From Candidatus Ryanbacteria bacterium CG10_big_fil_rev_8_21_14_0_10_43_42 (GTDB taxonomy: Bacteria; Patescibacteriota; Minisyncoccia; Ryanbacterales; 2-02-FULL-48-12), in contig PFEF01000010.1 in the NCBI GenBank assembly GCA_002793915.1, positions 60,011 to 124,010 on the forward strand: DNA of 64,000 bases, in the 5' to 3' direction. The position numbers and the translations under genes were made by a program. Shown here in pieces: positions 21,492 through 31,460 of the stretch. The notes under the pieces are model-generated. The model was not told the DNA's origin, did not search any database, and saw nothing but the letters and a program-made list of their open reading frames with translations. Position 1 is the first letter of the stretch. Each line of letters starts with the position of its first letter.

Positions 21492-21548
21492 CTGTTGAAT
21501 ATAACGTGATTTTCTGATATCCTGCACAGTGCTTTTTACTATGTCTTT

Positions 21549-21620
21549 GGCCCTATCGTCTAACGGTTAGGACGCCAGGTTCTCATCCTGGAAATCGGGG
21601 TTCGATTCCCCGTGGGGCCG
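21549..21620 (+). tRNA. tRNA-Glu(CTC), CCA not encoded
   Basis: GGCCCTA/TGGGGCC acceptor stem, CCAGG-TTCTCAT-CCTGG anticodon arm, GGTTCGATTCC T arm. Confidence 0.95.
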
Positions 21621-21710
21621 CTTATAAACACATTATACCTGTAAATACGTAATGATGTTGCGATGTACGAATGCTTTTTACGTGTCATGTTATATAATTA
21701 AAAAAGCGAT

Positions 21711-22655
21711 ATGAATATCTTACTTCGTTGTCTAATGATTATACTGTCGGTGTGCGGTATGTTCGGCGCGAGTGTGTCTCATGTTGTTTTTGCTGATATC
21801 GTTCCCAATACGGCGGTTGTTACCCGGAATGAACATGCCAGTTCTTCCGCTTCCACTACCGCACAGGAGGGCACTATTCTTATTCAAAACGTTCAGGGGT
21901 TGTTGGATGCGAAAGATCTTACGCGTCCCGAACAGGATCAGGAAAAAGAAGCCATCTTACGGCTTCTCGAAAAACGCCCTATTGCACAGCCGGGTTTGTT
22001 TTCGTTCGGCGGGTGGTTGGTACAACATTCCATACGTATAGGTGTTCCCGCGAATACCATCGTGCTTATTTTACTTCTGCCCGTTCTTGCCGCTTTGGTG
22101 GCGTTTATTCGCGTTATAATAGGTCTGCCTAGTCTTGAAATGCTTGTACCCATTGCTCTTGCGTATGTATTTGTTGCGGTGGGCGTTGTTATTGGGGGTA
22201 TTATTTTAATGACGGTAGTGGCGGCATCTTTTGTATCGCGTATGTTACTTCGCCGCGTTTCTATAATGCACTATCCAAAGCGTTCGCTTTCTATGCTTCT
22301 TTTGTCCCTTACGGTTTTTGCGGCTCTTGCTATAAGTATTGAGCTTGGTTTGGGAAATGTTCAAGATCTCTCCATTTTCCCCATATTAATACTGACGCTT
22401 CTGGGGGATTCAATTGTTTCGGTTCAATTGCATAAAAGCATGCGCGAAGCATTTATCATTATAACGGTTACCATTACTCTCGGATTATTCGGCTTCCTGC
22501 TGGCAACCTTGGATGGTGTGCGCAATATGCTTATCGTGTATCCGGAGGTAATTCTCCTCATTATTCCTATCAATATTATTATGGGTCGGTATTTCGGCCT
22601 TCGATTATCAGAAGTTCTTCGTTTTCATAATTTCAACGCGCATGCCAGTGAGTAA
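21711..22655 (+). CDS. 7TM membrane protein of the type normally fused to an inactive transglutaminase
   Basis: LLLPVLAALVAFIRVIIG, SIFPILIL, GRYFGLRLSEVLRF; overlaps the ATP-grasp gene. Confidence 0.75.
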   Translation: MNILLRCLMIILSVCGMFGASVSHVVFADIVPNTAVVTRNEHASSSASTTAQEGTILIQNVQGLLDAKDLTRPEQDQEKEAILRLLEKRPIAQPGLFSFGGWLVQHSIRIGVPANTIVLILLLPVLAALVAFIRVIIGLPSLEMLVPIALAYVFVAVGVVIGGIILMTVVAASFVSRMLLRRVSIMHYPKRSLSMLLLSLTVFAALAISIELGLGNVQDLSIFPILILTLLGDSIVSVQLHKSMREAFIIITVTITLGLFGFLLATLDGVRNMLIVYPEVILLIIPINIIMGRYFGLRLSEVLRFHNFNAHASE

Positions 22656-23925
22656 AATCGTATTGGGGATGAATGCGCGCAACTTTCTCTACTTAAGTAA
22701 GTATAACAAAGCGCATGCAAAGCGGCGGGCTGATGATAAATTAGCCACGAAAAATTATCTTATTGCGTCCGGTATTCCAACCGGAACGTCGCTGGCGGTT
22801 TTTCGCTCCCCTCATAATATTCGCACGTTTGACTGGAGTTCATTATCAGGGGATTTTGTTTTAAAGCCTGCGCGCGGGTACGGCGGCGAAGGTATTCTTG
22901 TTGTATACGATTGGAAAGAGGTGAGCGGACATGATATCCATGGCAACGAAATTACTATACATGATCTCGAGTCAAAAATATTTGATATTCTCGATGGTGC
23001 CCATTCCATAGATAGCTTACCGGACCATGCCTTCCTGGAAGAGCGGATTATTATTCAAAACAGTCTGCGTAAAATAAGCGCGGGAGGCGTGCCTGATATT
23101 CGCGTTATTGTGTGCAATCGTGTTCCCATTATGGCGATGCTTCGTCTGCCGACGGTAGAATCCGCCGGGCGTGCGAATTTGCATATGGGAGCACTGGGTA
23201 TCGGCATTGATTTACGCACCGGCATTACCACAAAAGGCATACATCACAACAGTGAAACGCTCTATATTCCGGGAACAAACAGGATAAAAGTTCGCGGTAT
23301 AAAAATTCCTCGATGGGATGAAATAATATCCATTGCCGCGCGTACCCAGGAGGCGTCTGGTCTTGGATATGCGGGTATTGATATTGTTGTTGATGAAACA
23401 AAAGGTCCACTTGTGCTTGAGGTGAATGCCCGGCCGGGACTTACGGTTCAGCTCGCCAATGGCGAGTCTCTTCGTACACGGCTCGAGCGCGTAGCAGATT
23501 TAAAGGTTAATTCCGTTGAGAAGGGCATTGATATTGCAAAAAAATTATTTGCGGAAGCGGTTTTGGAAGTTGTGCCGGTTAAGGATAATATCCTTTCCGT
23601 AATTGAAAAAATACAAATAATAGGAAGCAATAAAAAACGCAAAACGGTATTTGCAAAAATCGACACGGGCGCATATCGTACATCTCTTGATAGTGCGCTT
23701 GTGCGCGAGCTTGATCTTCATGTGCGTGATGAGCGCATTTTCGTAAAAGCGGGGGCCGGTTCTCAAGAACGGCACACGGCAAAGGTAACTCTTCGCATCC
23801 GCGGAAAAGAAATTAAAACAATTGCTTCTTTCGTTGATAGGGCGCATATGCGTTTTCCCATTATTATCGGCAGGCGCGATCTGAAAGGATTTCTGGTGGA
23901 TCCCAATAAGTACTCCCGCAGATAA
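22642..23925 (+). CDS. Alpha-L-glutamate ligase-like ATP-grasp enzyme fused to a RimK-associated retropepsin-like protease
   Basis: LGMNARN, GVPDIRVI, AMLRLPT, ANLHMG, LEVNARPGL; C-terminal AKIDTGAYRTS and DRAHMRFPIIIGR. Confidence 0.85.
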   Translation: MPVSKIVLGMNARNFLYLSKYNKAHAKRRADDKLATKNYLIASGIPTGTSLAVFRSPHNIRTFDWSSLSGDFVLKPARGYGGEGILVVYDWKEVSGHDIHGNEITIHDLESKIFDILDGAHSIDSLPDHAFLEERIIIQNSLRKISAGGVPDIRVIVCNRVPIMAMLRLPTVESAGRANLHMGALGIGIDLRTGITTKGIHHNSETLYIPGTNRIKVRGIKIPRWDEIISIAARTQEASGLGYAGIDIVVDETKGPLVLEVNARPGLTVQLANGESLRTRLERVADLKVNSVEKGIDIAKKLFAEAVLEVVPVKDNILSVIEKIQIIGSNKKRKTVFAKIDTGAYRTSLDSALVRELDLHVRDERIFVKAGAGSQERHTAKVTLRIRGKEIKTIASFVDRAHMRFPIIIGRRDLKGFLVDPNKYSRR

Positions 23926-23971
23926 TAAAAACCCCGCTGGTGGCAGGGTGTTGATTATGGAGTGACATACA

Positions 23972-24364
23972 TTAGCTCTTTAAGAAGGATCTTTTTAGAA
24001 TAATTTGTTTTAAATCTATCAAAAGAAGGCTTTTTAAAATGACCCTTCGGAGCTTTGCAAGATACGTCGAAGGATAGGGTGTATTTTGTTCTATAAGTTG
24101 GCGTACCGCATCCACCGCAAGGCGGACAGATAAGCTTTTGGTTATATTAGGAGATGTAAATATAAGACATAAAGCGCTACATGCATAGCAGTCAGTCAGG
24201 TGAACGCTTTGCTCTTCTATATATCCTTTTTGCTTTTTAGAATCAAATCCGGTTTCAAGAATTTTTGCCAGCATAAAAGCGATATGACTGCTTTTAATTT
24301 GCTCACGCATTTCTTCGATAGGGGTTGTATGTTCCCGATACAAGCGGTATATTGTCCTCCACAT
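23972..24364 (-). CDS. Hypothetical protein (orphan)
   Basis: 130 aa ORF with strong SD (GGAGGAG) and an upstream TTGACT box. Confidence 0.6.
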   Translation of the reverse strand: MWRTIYRLYREHTTPIEEMREQIKSSHIAFMLAKILETGFDSKKQKGYIEEQSVHLTDCYACSALCLIFTSPNITKSLSVRLAVDAVRQLIEQNTPYPSTYLAKLRRVILKSLLLIDLKQIILKRSFLKS

Positions 24365-24457
24365 AATAACTCCTCCATTTCAATTTAAAAGGATGATCTA
24401 TCACATTTGTACACTATACTGAAAAAAAGTCAATAGTTTTTTGAGAACAATATACCA

Positions 24458-24727
24458 CTACCGAAGATTATGTTTTTCGTACGCACCTTCCTTTTTTAAG
24501 AGTTCTTTTTTCCGTTCCGCACCGCGATTATATCCTCCGATAGTACCATCAGAACGAATAACGCGGTGACAGGGAATATCCGGATTGAAATTTTGCTTCA
24601 TGATTATGCCAACGGCGCGTGCGGCTCCGGGGTTTCCGGCCACTATAGCCACCTCTTTATACGACATAACAGTACCCTTGGGTATTCGAGCAACTGTGGC
24701 AAGAACACGTTCACGAAATGATTTCAT
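24458..24727 (-). CDS. ogt: Methylated-DNA--protein-cysteine methyltransferase (short MGMT family)
   Basis: GAARAVG and IPCHRVI active-site motif. Confidence 0.85.
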   Translation of the reverse strand: MKSFRERVLATVARIPKGTVMSYKEVAIVAGNPGAARAVGIIMKQNFNPDIPCHRVIRSDGTIGGYNRGAERKKELLKKEGAYEKHNLR

Positions 24728-24827
24728 ATGCGTATAAGCGTACCATATTTGCATTCAAAAAAAAGTTTGTTATAGTGGATGCGCTTTTTCCTTTATCCAT
24801 CCACTTATCACGTGGTACCATGTACAT

Positions 24828-27500
24828 ATGCAGAATAAAAAAGAATGGCATACAATAAGTGAAAAAGACATTAAACAGCTTTTAGAGGTTGATGTACATG
24901 CCGGACTTTCTTCGCAGGAAGCCGCTCGCCGTCTTGCCAGATGGGGGGAAAATCGCATAACAAAAAAGCAGGAGTTTCGTCTTCTTTCCATTATATGGCA
25001 CCAATTTAAAAACCCCCTTATTATCATTTTGATGGGAGCGGGAGGTATTTCCTTCTTTTTAGGAGAGTATACCGATGCCACCATTATTTTTCTCACCATT
25101 GTTGTTAATGCTTTTGTCGGTGTAATACAAGAGGGGCGTGCATCGCGGGCGTTTGCCAAACTGCAGGAACATGTTACAAAACATGCGGTGGTACTGCGGG
25201 GCGGACATGAACAACAGATAGAATCGGCACAAATTGTGCCGGGAGATGTTGTTGTACTTCGCACGGGGGATTCTGTTCCGGCGGATGCGCGTATTATGGA
25301 AGCGCGAAACGTGCGCGTTAATGAATCCGCTCTTACAGGTGAGTGGATTGATATAGATAAAATGCCGGGAGTAGTGCCACCGGAAACACATCTCACGGAT
25401 CGGACGAATATGGTGTGGGCGGGGACCCTTATGGAGGATGGATGGGCACGGGTGCTTGTGGTGAATACGGCGAATGATACCCAATTTGGAAAGATAAGCT
25501 TGCTGGTAGGTGAGACGAGAAAGGTCCGCACGCCGCTTCAAAAGAGTATGGCATCTCTTGCTAAAACAATCAGTATGTTTGTTTTAGCAACGGTGATATT
25601 AATATTTTTCTTGGGTGTTTTGCGCGGACAGTCCGTTGCGGAAATGTTTATCACATCTGTAGCGATTGCAGTGGCTGCCGTTCCGGAAGGCCTTCCAATT
25701 GCCGTTACGGTTATTTTGGCTCTTGGCATGGAACGCATCTTAAAGCGTGGGGGATTGGTGAAAAAATTAACTGCCGCGGAAACGCTTGGATCTACAAGTA
25801 TTATTCTTACCGATAAAACAGGTACTCTTACGCAGGGACGCATGCAGGTCTCAGCCGTACAGACGGCATTTCATCTGTTTCAGAAAAAACCGGCGGGAGA
25901 CACCCCTATTGAACACACAGGGAATACTTTCGCGCTTCATATCGGCGTATTTACGTCGGACGCATTTATAGAAAATCCGGAAGCCGATTTGGCTGAATGG
26001 CAGGTGCGCGGTACGCCTACGGATAAAGCGCTTTTACTTGCAGGTATTCAGGGGGGAGTGCGGTTAACAGATGCGCTTTTAAAAGAACCAAAGTTGGATT
26101 TTTTACCGTTTGAATCGGAACGGCGATTTGCGGCGTCCCTGCATAAAGGGATAAAGACGGGAACAACGTTATATGTTACGGGAGCACCCGAACTCATTCT
26201 TGCGCATGCGGCGCGCGTACAAATGGAAAAAAGTACGACTATTCTTTCAAAAATACGATGCGGTTTTTTGCGGGAAGAATATGAACGCATGACATCCGAC
26301 GGAAATCGGGTGGTGGCGGTCGGGTTTAAAAAGGAGACTATGTCCGTTATTCCGTCCGACAGCGGAGAAGAGCTGTTGGAAGGCCTTACATTCGTGGGCT
26401 TTATCGCTTTTCACGATCCTCTTCGTCCGGATGCGGCGGAATCCATTGCTCTTGCGAAACAAGCAGGGCTTCGTCCTATTATCATGACGGGGGATCATAA
26501 ACTTACCGCACGAAAAATCGGGCAGGAAATTGGTATTGATGTTGATAGTCAGATTGTACTTGAAGGAAAGGATTTGGAAGCTATGGATGATGAAACTTTG
26601 CAAGCACGTGCGCCGGACATAGGTGTGTATGCGCGTGTACTTCCCCATCAAAAACTACGCATTGCCGAGGCATGGCAGAGACGGGGTGCTATTGTCGCTA
26701 TGACGGGGGACGGCGTGAATGATGCCCCCGCTCTTAAGCGTGCCGATGTGGGTGTGGCGCTTGGTTCCGGTACGGAGGTAGCGAAGGAGGCGGCGGACGT
26801 GGTACTTCTTGAGAACAGTTTTGCGGCATTGGTAGCGGCAATCAAACAGGGACGTGTTATTGTGGATAATCTGCGAAAGGTTATTACGTTTGTGTTTGCA
26901 ACCGGGTTTACTGAAATTATTTTAGTGGGCGGAGCGCTTCTTTTTGGGTTTCCTTTGCCGGTTCTTGCATCGCAAATTTTATGGACGAATCTGGTGGGGG
27001 AAGGGCTTCTTAACTTCGCTTTTGCGCTTGAGCCGGAGGAAGATGATGTTATGAAGCAAAAGCCGCGAAAAGGCGGACACATTATAACGCGGGAGATGTG
27101 GTTTCTTATTTTAGTAATAGGCGTTGTAACGGATGTTCTTTTATTCGGGCTTTTCCTTTTCCTTTCGCGGTTAGGATACACCATAGAAAATATTCGTACC
27201 ATTATGTTTGTGGGACTTACCGTCGATTCTCTCTTTTTTGCTTATTCACTGCGTAGTTTGCGTCGTCCTTTTTGGCGTATTCGCGCGTTTTCCAATCCCT
27301 TTTTTCTGTTTGCCTTTGCGCTTAGCGTGGCATTACTGTTAAGTGTGTTTTATATTCCGGCATTGGGCGAGCTTCTCTCGGTAACGACTCTTGATTCGCT
27401 TGAAGTAGGTCTTATTGTCGCTCTTGGCATAATTGATGTTATTCTTATTGAAGTGGGAAAAAGATATATAAGGAGAAAAAGCGCTATCGGAGGTAAGTAA
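24828..27500 (+). CDS. Cation-transporting P-type ATPase (type IIA-like)
   Basis: ESALTGE, VPEGLP, DKTGTLT, MTGDGVNDAPAL. Confidence 0.95.
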   Translation: MQNKKEWHTISEKDIKQLLEVDVHAGLSSQEAARRLARWGENRITKKQEFRLLSIIWHQFKNPLIIILMGAGGISFFLGEYTDATIIFLTIVVNAFVGVIQEGRASRAFAKLQEHVTKHAVVLRGGHEQQIESAQIVPGDVVVLRTGDSVPADARIMEARNVRVNESALTGEWIDIDKMPGVVPPETHLTDRTNMVWAGTLMEDGWARVLVVNTANDTQFGKISLLVGETRKVRTPLQKSMASLAKTISMFVLATVILIFFLGVLRGQSVAEMFITSVAIAVAAVPEGLPIAVTVILALGMERILKRGGLVKKLTAAETLGSTSIILTDKTGTLTQGRMQVSAVQTAFHLFQKKPAGDTPIEHTGNTFALHIGVFTSDAFIENPEADLAEWQVRGTPTDKALLLAGIQGGVRLTDALLKEPKLDFLPFESERRFAASLHKGIKTGTTLYVTGAPELILAHAARVQMEKSTTILSKIRCGFLREEYERMTSDGNRVVAVGFKKETMSVIPSDSGEELLEGLTFVGFIAFHDPLRPDAAESIALAKQAGLRPIIMTGDHKLTARKIGQEIGIDVDSQIVLEGKDLEAMDDETLQARAPDIGVYARVLPHQKLRIAEAWQRRGAIVAMTGDGVNDAPALKRADVGVALGSGTEVAKEAADVVLLENSFAALVAAIKQGRVIVDNLRKVITFVFATGFTEIILVGGALLFGFPLPVLASQILWTNLVGEGLLNFAFALEPEEDDVMKQKPRKGGHIITREMWFLILVIGVVTDVLLFGLFLFLSRLGYTIENIRTIMFVGLTVDSLFFAYSLRSLRRPFWRIRAFSNPFFLFAFALSVALLLSVFYIPALGELLSVTTLDSLEVGLIVALGIIDVILIEVGKRYIRRKSAIGGK

Positions 27501-27507
27501 CGTTTCC

Positions 27508-28551
27508 ATGAATACTATATTTATCATTTTTTTAGGGGTTTTAGTCATCGGTGTTATTGTTGTAATCTGGCTTTTACTGCGCGCAAAAAAACAGCCGGAG
27601 GATAGTGGAGCACTCACAATACTTCAAAATCAGATGAATGAAATTACACGCACGCTTGATAAGCGCTTGGGAGAATCAGCGGTGCATATGCAATCACAAT
27701 TTCATGAGAGTATGCGTGCGTCAAAGGATCTTACCGAAAAATTGGTGCGCCTCGAAGAGACGAACAAGCAAGTGGTGGGATTTGCCGATCAGCTGAAGAA
27801 TTTACAGGATATTCTTCGTAACCCCAAACAACGGGGTGTATTGGGCGAATATTATTTGGAGACGGTTCTTAAAAATGTACTCCCACCGGGCAGTTATCAG
27901 ATGCAGTATCCGTTTGCTGATGGGAGTATTGTAGATGCGGTTGTATTTGCGGGTGAGAAAATTATTCCCATTGATTCCAAATTTTCTTTGGAAAACTATG
28001 AACGTCTGCGTGTGGCACAGGATGCTTCGGAGCATGATCGTCTGGAAAAAGTATTCAAGCAGGATTTAAAAATGCGTATCGACGAAACTTCAAAGTATAT
28101 AAAGCCGATGGAAAATACTATGGATTTCGCCATGATGTTCATTCCGTCGGAGGGAATTTATTACGATTTACTGGTAAGTAAGGTGGGAGCAGTACAAGTA
28201 TCTGCCATGGATTTGGTGGAATATGCCTTTAAGAAAAATGTTATTGTTGTTTCGCCGACATCATTTTTGGCATATTTACAGACAGTTCTTCACGGGCTTC
28301 GGGCGCTAAAAATAGAAGAATCGGCAAAAGAGATAAGAAAGAACGTGGAAGTTCTTCAGAAACATCTCTTAACGTATGATTCTTATATGCAAAAACTGGG
28401 GACACAGATGGGTACGGTGGTAAATACGTATAATACGGGATACAAAGAATTCAAAAAAATAGATAAAGATATGCTTCGCATAACGGGGGAGGGTAATGCT
28501 ATAGATCCTTTACTGATAGAAAAACCGCACGGTGGGGACGAAGAAAATTAG
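27508..28551 (+). CDS. rmuC: DNA recombination protein RmuC
   Basis: NPKQRGVLGE, IDSKF, DFAMMFIPSEG, VSPTS. Confidence 0.92.
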   Translation: MNTIFIIFLGVLVIGVIVVIWLLLRAKKQPEDSGALTILQNQMNEITRTLDKRLGESAVHMQSQFHESMRASKDLTEKLVRLEETNKQVVGFADQLKNLQDILRNPKQRGVLGEYYLETVLKNVLPPGSYQMQYPFADGSIVDAVVFAGEKIIPIDSKFSLENYERLRVAQDASEHDRLEKVFKQDLKMRIDETSKYIKPMENTMDFAMMFIPSEGIYYDLLVSKVGAVQVSAMDLVEYAFKKNVIVVSPTSFLAYLQTVLHGLRALKIEESAKEIRKNVEVLQKHLLTYDSYMQKLGTQMGTVVNTYNTGYKEFKKIDKDMLRITGEGNAIDPLLIEKPHGGDEEN

Positions 28552-28608
28552 AAAGTGTGGTGATGAAAGGGTCGGTACCCCTTTTTTCCATAAAAAAAGA
28601 GCATATTG

Positions 28609-28896
28609 CTATGCTCCGGTTCTTACACGTTGGCCATATATATTATATGGCCCGTTGCACTGCGTAAGATGCATTTTTGATGGCGTCACGAGTCCTTGAC
28701 TTGGATGAATTTGCCATCCGAGTTTCTCGAGCGTTTTCGGTACTTCGTTAGTGGGAACATAAGGAGGTATAATGATAAAGGCCACGTATTTCGGTTCCGT
28801 GCATTCGGTACGGACCTTAATAGAAGGGGTATCAGTCGCGGTTTTTTCATCATTAAGATAATCCACATTGTCGAATGCGGGAATTACGTAACGCAT
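28609..28896 (-). CDS. Hypothetical protein (orphan)
   Basis: 95 aa ORF with AAGGAG SD and an upstream TTGACA. Confidence 0.55.
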   Translation of the reverse strand: MRYVIPAFDNVDYLNDEKTATDTPSIKVRTECTEPKYVAFIIIPPYVPTNEVPKTLEKLGWQIHPSQGLVTPSKMHLTQCNGPYNIYGQRVRTGA

Positions 28897-29013
28897 AACT
28901 AAGCTCCTTTAAGGCATGTTTTTAAGTACTTTACAATATAGAAAAAATATGTCAATATGTACATATAATCGTTTATCTGCTATATTTTGCAGACTAAATC
29001 TTAAATAAATCTT

Positions 29014-29322
29014 ATGGCAATTGCGGTAATAAAAACGGGAGGAAAACAATATATTGTTGAGCCCGGTGTAAAACTGAAGATAGAAAAGCTACCCCAGGAA
29101 GAGGGGACTGTTACATTTGAAGAAGTGTTACTTGTATCGGATGACGCGTCTACCACGGTGGGAGAACCGACGGTGCCGGGAGCTGTGGTAACCGCAAAGA
29201 TAATGGGATCCGGACGCAGTCGGAAGATAACGAATTTGCGCTTTCATTCAAAAACGCGTCATCGCCGAAAAAAAGGACATAGACAGTGTTATACCGAAGT
29301 GGAAATCACAAATATAGCATAG
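29014..29322 (+). CDS. rplU: 50S ribosomal protein L21
   Basis: IKTGGKQY, KGHRQ. Confidence 0.97.
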   Translation: MAIAVIKTGGKQYIVEPGVKLKIEKLPQEEGTVTFEEVLLVSDDASTTVGEPTVPGAVVTAKIMGSGRSRKITNLRFHSKTRHRRKKGHRQCYTEVEITNIA

Positions 29323-29323
29323 T

Positions 29324-29354
29324 AAAATCCCGCGCAATCCCCGCGGGATTTTTT
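29324..29354. terminator. Bidirectional terminator between rplU and recR
   Basis: AAAATCCCGCG-7 nt-CGCGGGATTTT. Confidence 0.8.
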
Positions 29355-29384
29355 ATGGAGGCGTACCTCAAAGTTGGCGAAGCC

Positions 29385-29996
29385 CTATGTTCTGTTTTTG
29401 AGGGCGGCGTCTAGGGTCAGTATATCTGCATATTCAATTTCAGCGCCTGTAGAAAGTCCGCGACCGAGACGGGTGAGCTTGGCGGGAAGGGGATCCAAAA
29501 TACGTTCTATGTAATTTGCCGTCTGATTGCCGGGGAGGGTATTGGATGTTGCCACAATAACTTCTACGGAGGATGGGTCCTTAAACGCCTTAATGCGTTC
29601 GAAAAGCTCGCGCAAATGGAGTTTTTCGCCGGGACTTTTTTCCAGAGGAGAAATAGAACCTCCCGTTACATGATAGAGACCGGTATATGTGCCGGAAGAT
29701 TCGAATACTTCAACATCTGATTCTTTTTCAACAACAAGAATAATATTTTTATTTCTGCTTTCGGACAGGCAAATATCGCACCGGGTAGTATTGGTATGTC
29801 GTTCGGTCATACGAAAACAAAGCGAGCACTGGATTATATCGTCGGAAAGGGCGCGTATGTCTTCTGCAAAGCGTTTCAGATATGAGGCGTCCTTTTTGGC
29901 AAGTGCGTATGAAAGACGGACTGCCTGACGCGGTCCAATGCCGGGAAGCTCGCGTAAATGGTCTATAAGATATTTGAGTCGTTTAGGATACGCCAT
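29385..29996 (-). CDS. recR: Recombination mediator RecR
   Basis: LPGIGPRQA HhH, CxxC..CxxC, Toprim; start at ATG 29996. Confidence 0.94.
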   Translation of the reverse strand: MAYPKRLKYLIDHLRELPGIGPRQAVRLSYALAKKDASYLKRFAEDIRALSDDIIQCSLCFRMTERHTNTTRCDICLSESRNKNIILVVEKESDVEVFESSGTYTGLYHVTGGSISPLEKSPGEKLHLRELFERIKAFKDPSSVEVIVATSNTLPGNQTANYIERILDPLPAKLTRLGRGLSTGAEIEYADILTLDAALKNRT

Positions 29997-31383
29997 ACGA
30001 TTGTTCGGTGGAACCTTTTTCCATATCTTGGAAAGAGATCTTTTCCTGGTTGAAGAACAGACCCACCTTTCCAAGTGGTCCGTTGCGATGTTTGGCAATC
30101 TGTACCTCAACAATATTTTTATTATCGCTGTCGTCTTTATAGCGGTCCTCGCGGTAGAGAAACATCACCACATCAGCATCCTGCTCGATACTGCCCGAAT
30201 CACGCAGGTCGGATAGTCGTGGGATGGCGGGATGGCGCTGTTCTACCGCACGGGAGAGTTGGGAGAGGGCGAGTACGGGAACGGAGAGTTCACGGGCAAG
30301 TGCTTTTAATGCACGGGATATTTCCGTTATTTCTCGGACCAAGCTGTCAGATGAGCTTTTATGCCATGTAATAAGCTGGAGATAATCTACAATGATAAGT
30401 CCGAGGCCATGTTCTGCTTGCAGGCGACGCGCCATGGCACGCATTTGCAGGACGGTATTAGATGGCTCGTCATCGATATAAAGCGGAGATTTTGACAGAC
30501 GGTCCAGTGCGTCGCGAATACGGAAAAAATCATCGGAATCATGCGGAATACGTCCGGTACGAAGGCGCCAGGAATCTACCTGTGCCTCGGATGCAATAAG
30601 ACGATCCACGACCTGTTCCGTGGACATTTCCAGGCTGAAAATCCCTACGGGAATTTGCGATTTTATAGCCGCATGACGCGCTATATCGAGTGCAAATGTA
30701 GTTTTACCGACGGAAGGACGTGCGGCTAAGATAACCAGATCGGAGGATTGTAAGCCGGAAAGCAAATTATCTATGCCGTTAAATCCGGTGGAAACGCCAC
30801 GGAGACGTTCACCGCCGGACTGCATTTTTTCAAAACGATCCCATGCGCCGTCGGTGGTTTCGGCAACGGGAATAAAACGCTGACGAAGCGATCCGTGGGA
30901 AATGCTGAATATCTTTTTTTCGGCTTCATCCAGAAGCAACTCCACTTCATCCGATTCTTGATACCCTAATTGGCTTATTTCTCCGGAAGTTTTTATGATG
31001 CTTCGGAGGACATATTTTCTATGTACGATTTCGGCATAGTTTACTATATTGCTTGCAGTAGGCACTGTATTTACCAGAGATGTCAGATAACTCACGCCAC
31101 CGGCAATATCGAGGAGTTTTTTTTCACGGAGGCGGTTTGACAGGGCAAGTATGTCGATTGGTTCCCGTTTTTCTATAAGATCCATTATTGCCTCAAAAAT
31201 TATTCGGTGCTTGTCGTTATAAAAATGTTCGGGTGCCAGAATATCAGCAATTTTATTGAAGGCATCTTTATCAAGCATTAACGATCCTAAAACCGACATT
31301 TCGGCCTCAGTGTTTTGAGGAGGAACTCGGACATTAAAAGGAGAGGGTTGAACCTTATTTTCATGGATAGGTTGTTGAGCCAT
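29983..31383 (-). CDS. dnaB: Replicative DNA helicase
   Basis: PPQNTEAE, AARPSVGKT, VDYLQL, DLRDSGSIEQDAD; no intein. Confidence 0.97.
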   Translation of the reverse strand: MAQQPIHENKVQPSPFNVRVPPQNTEAEMSVLGSLMLDKDAFNKIADILAPEHFYNDKHRIIFEAIMDLIEKREPIDILALSNRLREKKLLDIAGGVSYLTSLVNTVPTASNIVNYAEIVHRKYVLRSIIKTSGEISQLGYQESDEVELLLDEAEKKIFSISHGSLRQRFIPVAETTDGAWDRFEKMQSGGERLRGVSTGFNGIDNLLSGLQSSDLVILAARPSVGKTTFALDIARHAAIKSQIPVGIFSLEMSTEQVVDRLIASEAQVDSWRLRTGRIPHDSDDFFRIRDALDRLSKSPLYIDDEPSNTVLQMRAMARRLQAEHGLGLIIVDYLQLITWHKSSSDSLVREITEISRALKALARELSVPVLALSQLSRAVEQRHPAIPRLSDLRDSGSIEQDADVVMFLYREDRYKDDSDNKNIVEVQIAKHRNGPLGKVGLFFNQEKISFQDMEKGSTEQSYGVS

Positions 31384-31460
31384 AGTTCTATCATTATAGG
31401 AAAGATCCCCCTATTTTACTAATTTACCAAAAAGGGGATGAGAGGTGCATAAATGAGGAG

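Noticed and set aside
21549-23925. Functional link between tRNA-Glu and the adjacent glutamate ligase, or a tRNA-integrated island
   Set aside because: ATP-grasp ligases use free amino acids; no duplicated tRNA 3' end or integrase seen
24770-27202. Long antisense ORFs opposite the P-type ATPase (also opposite mreB and ctpA)
   Set aside because: Shadow frames of well-conserved genes
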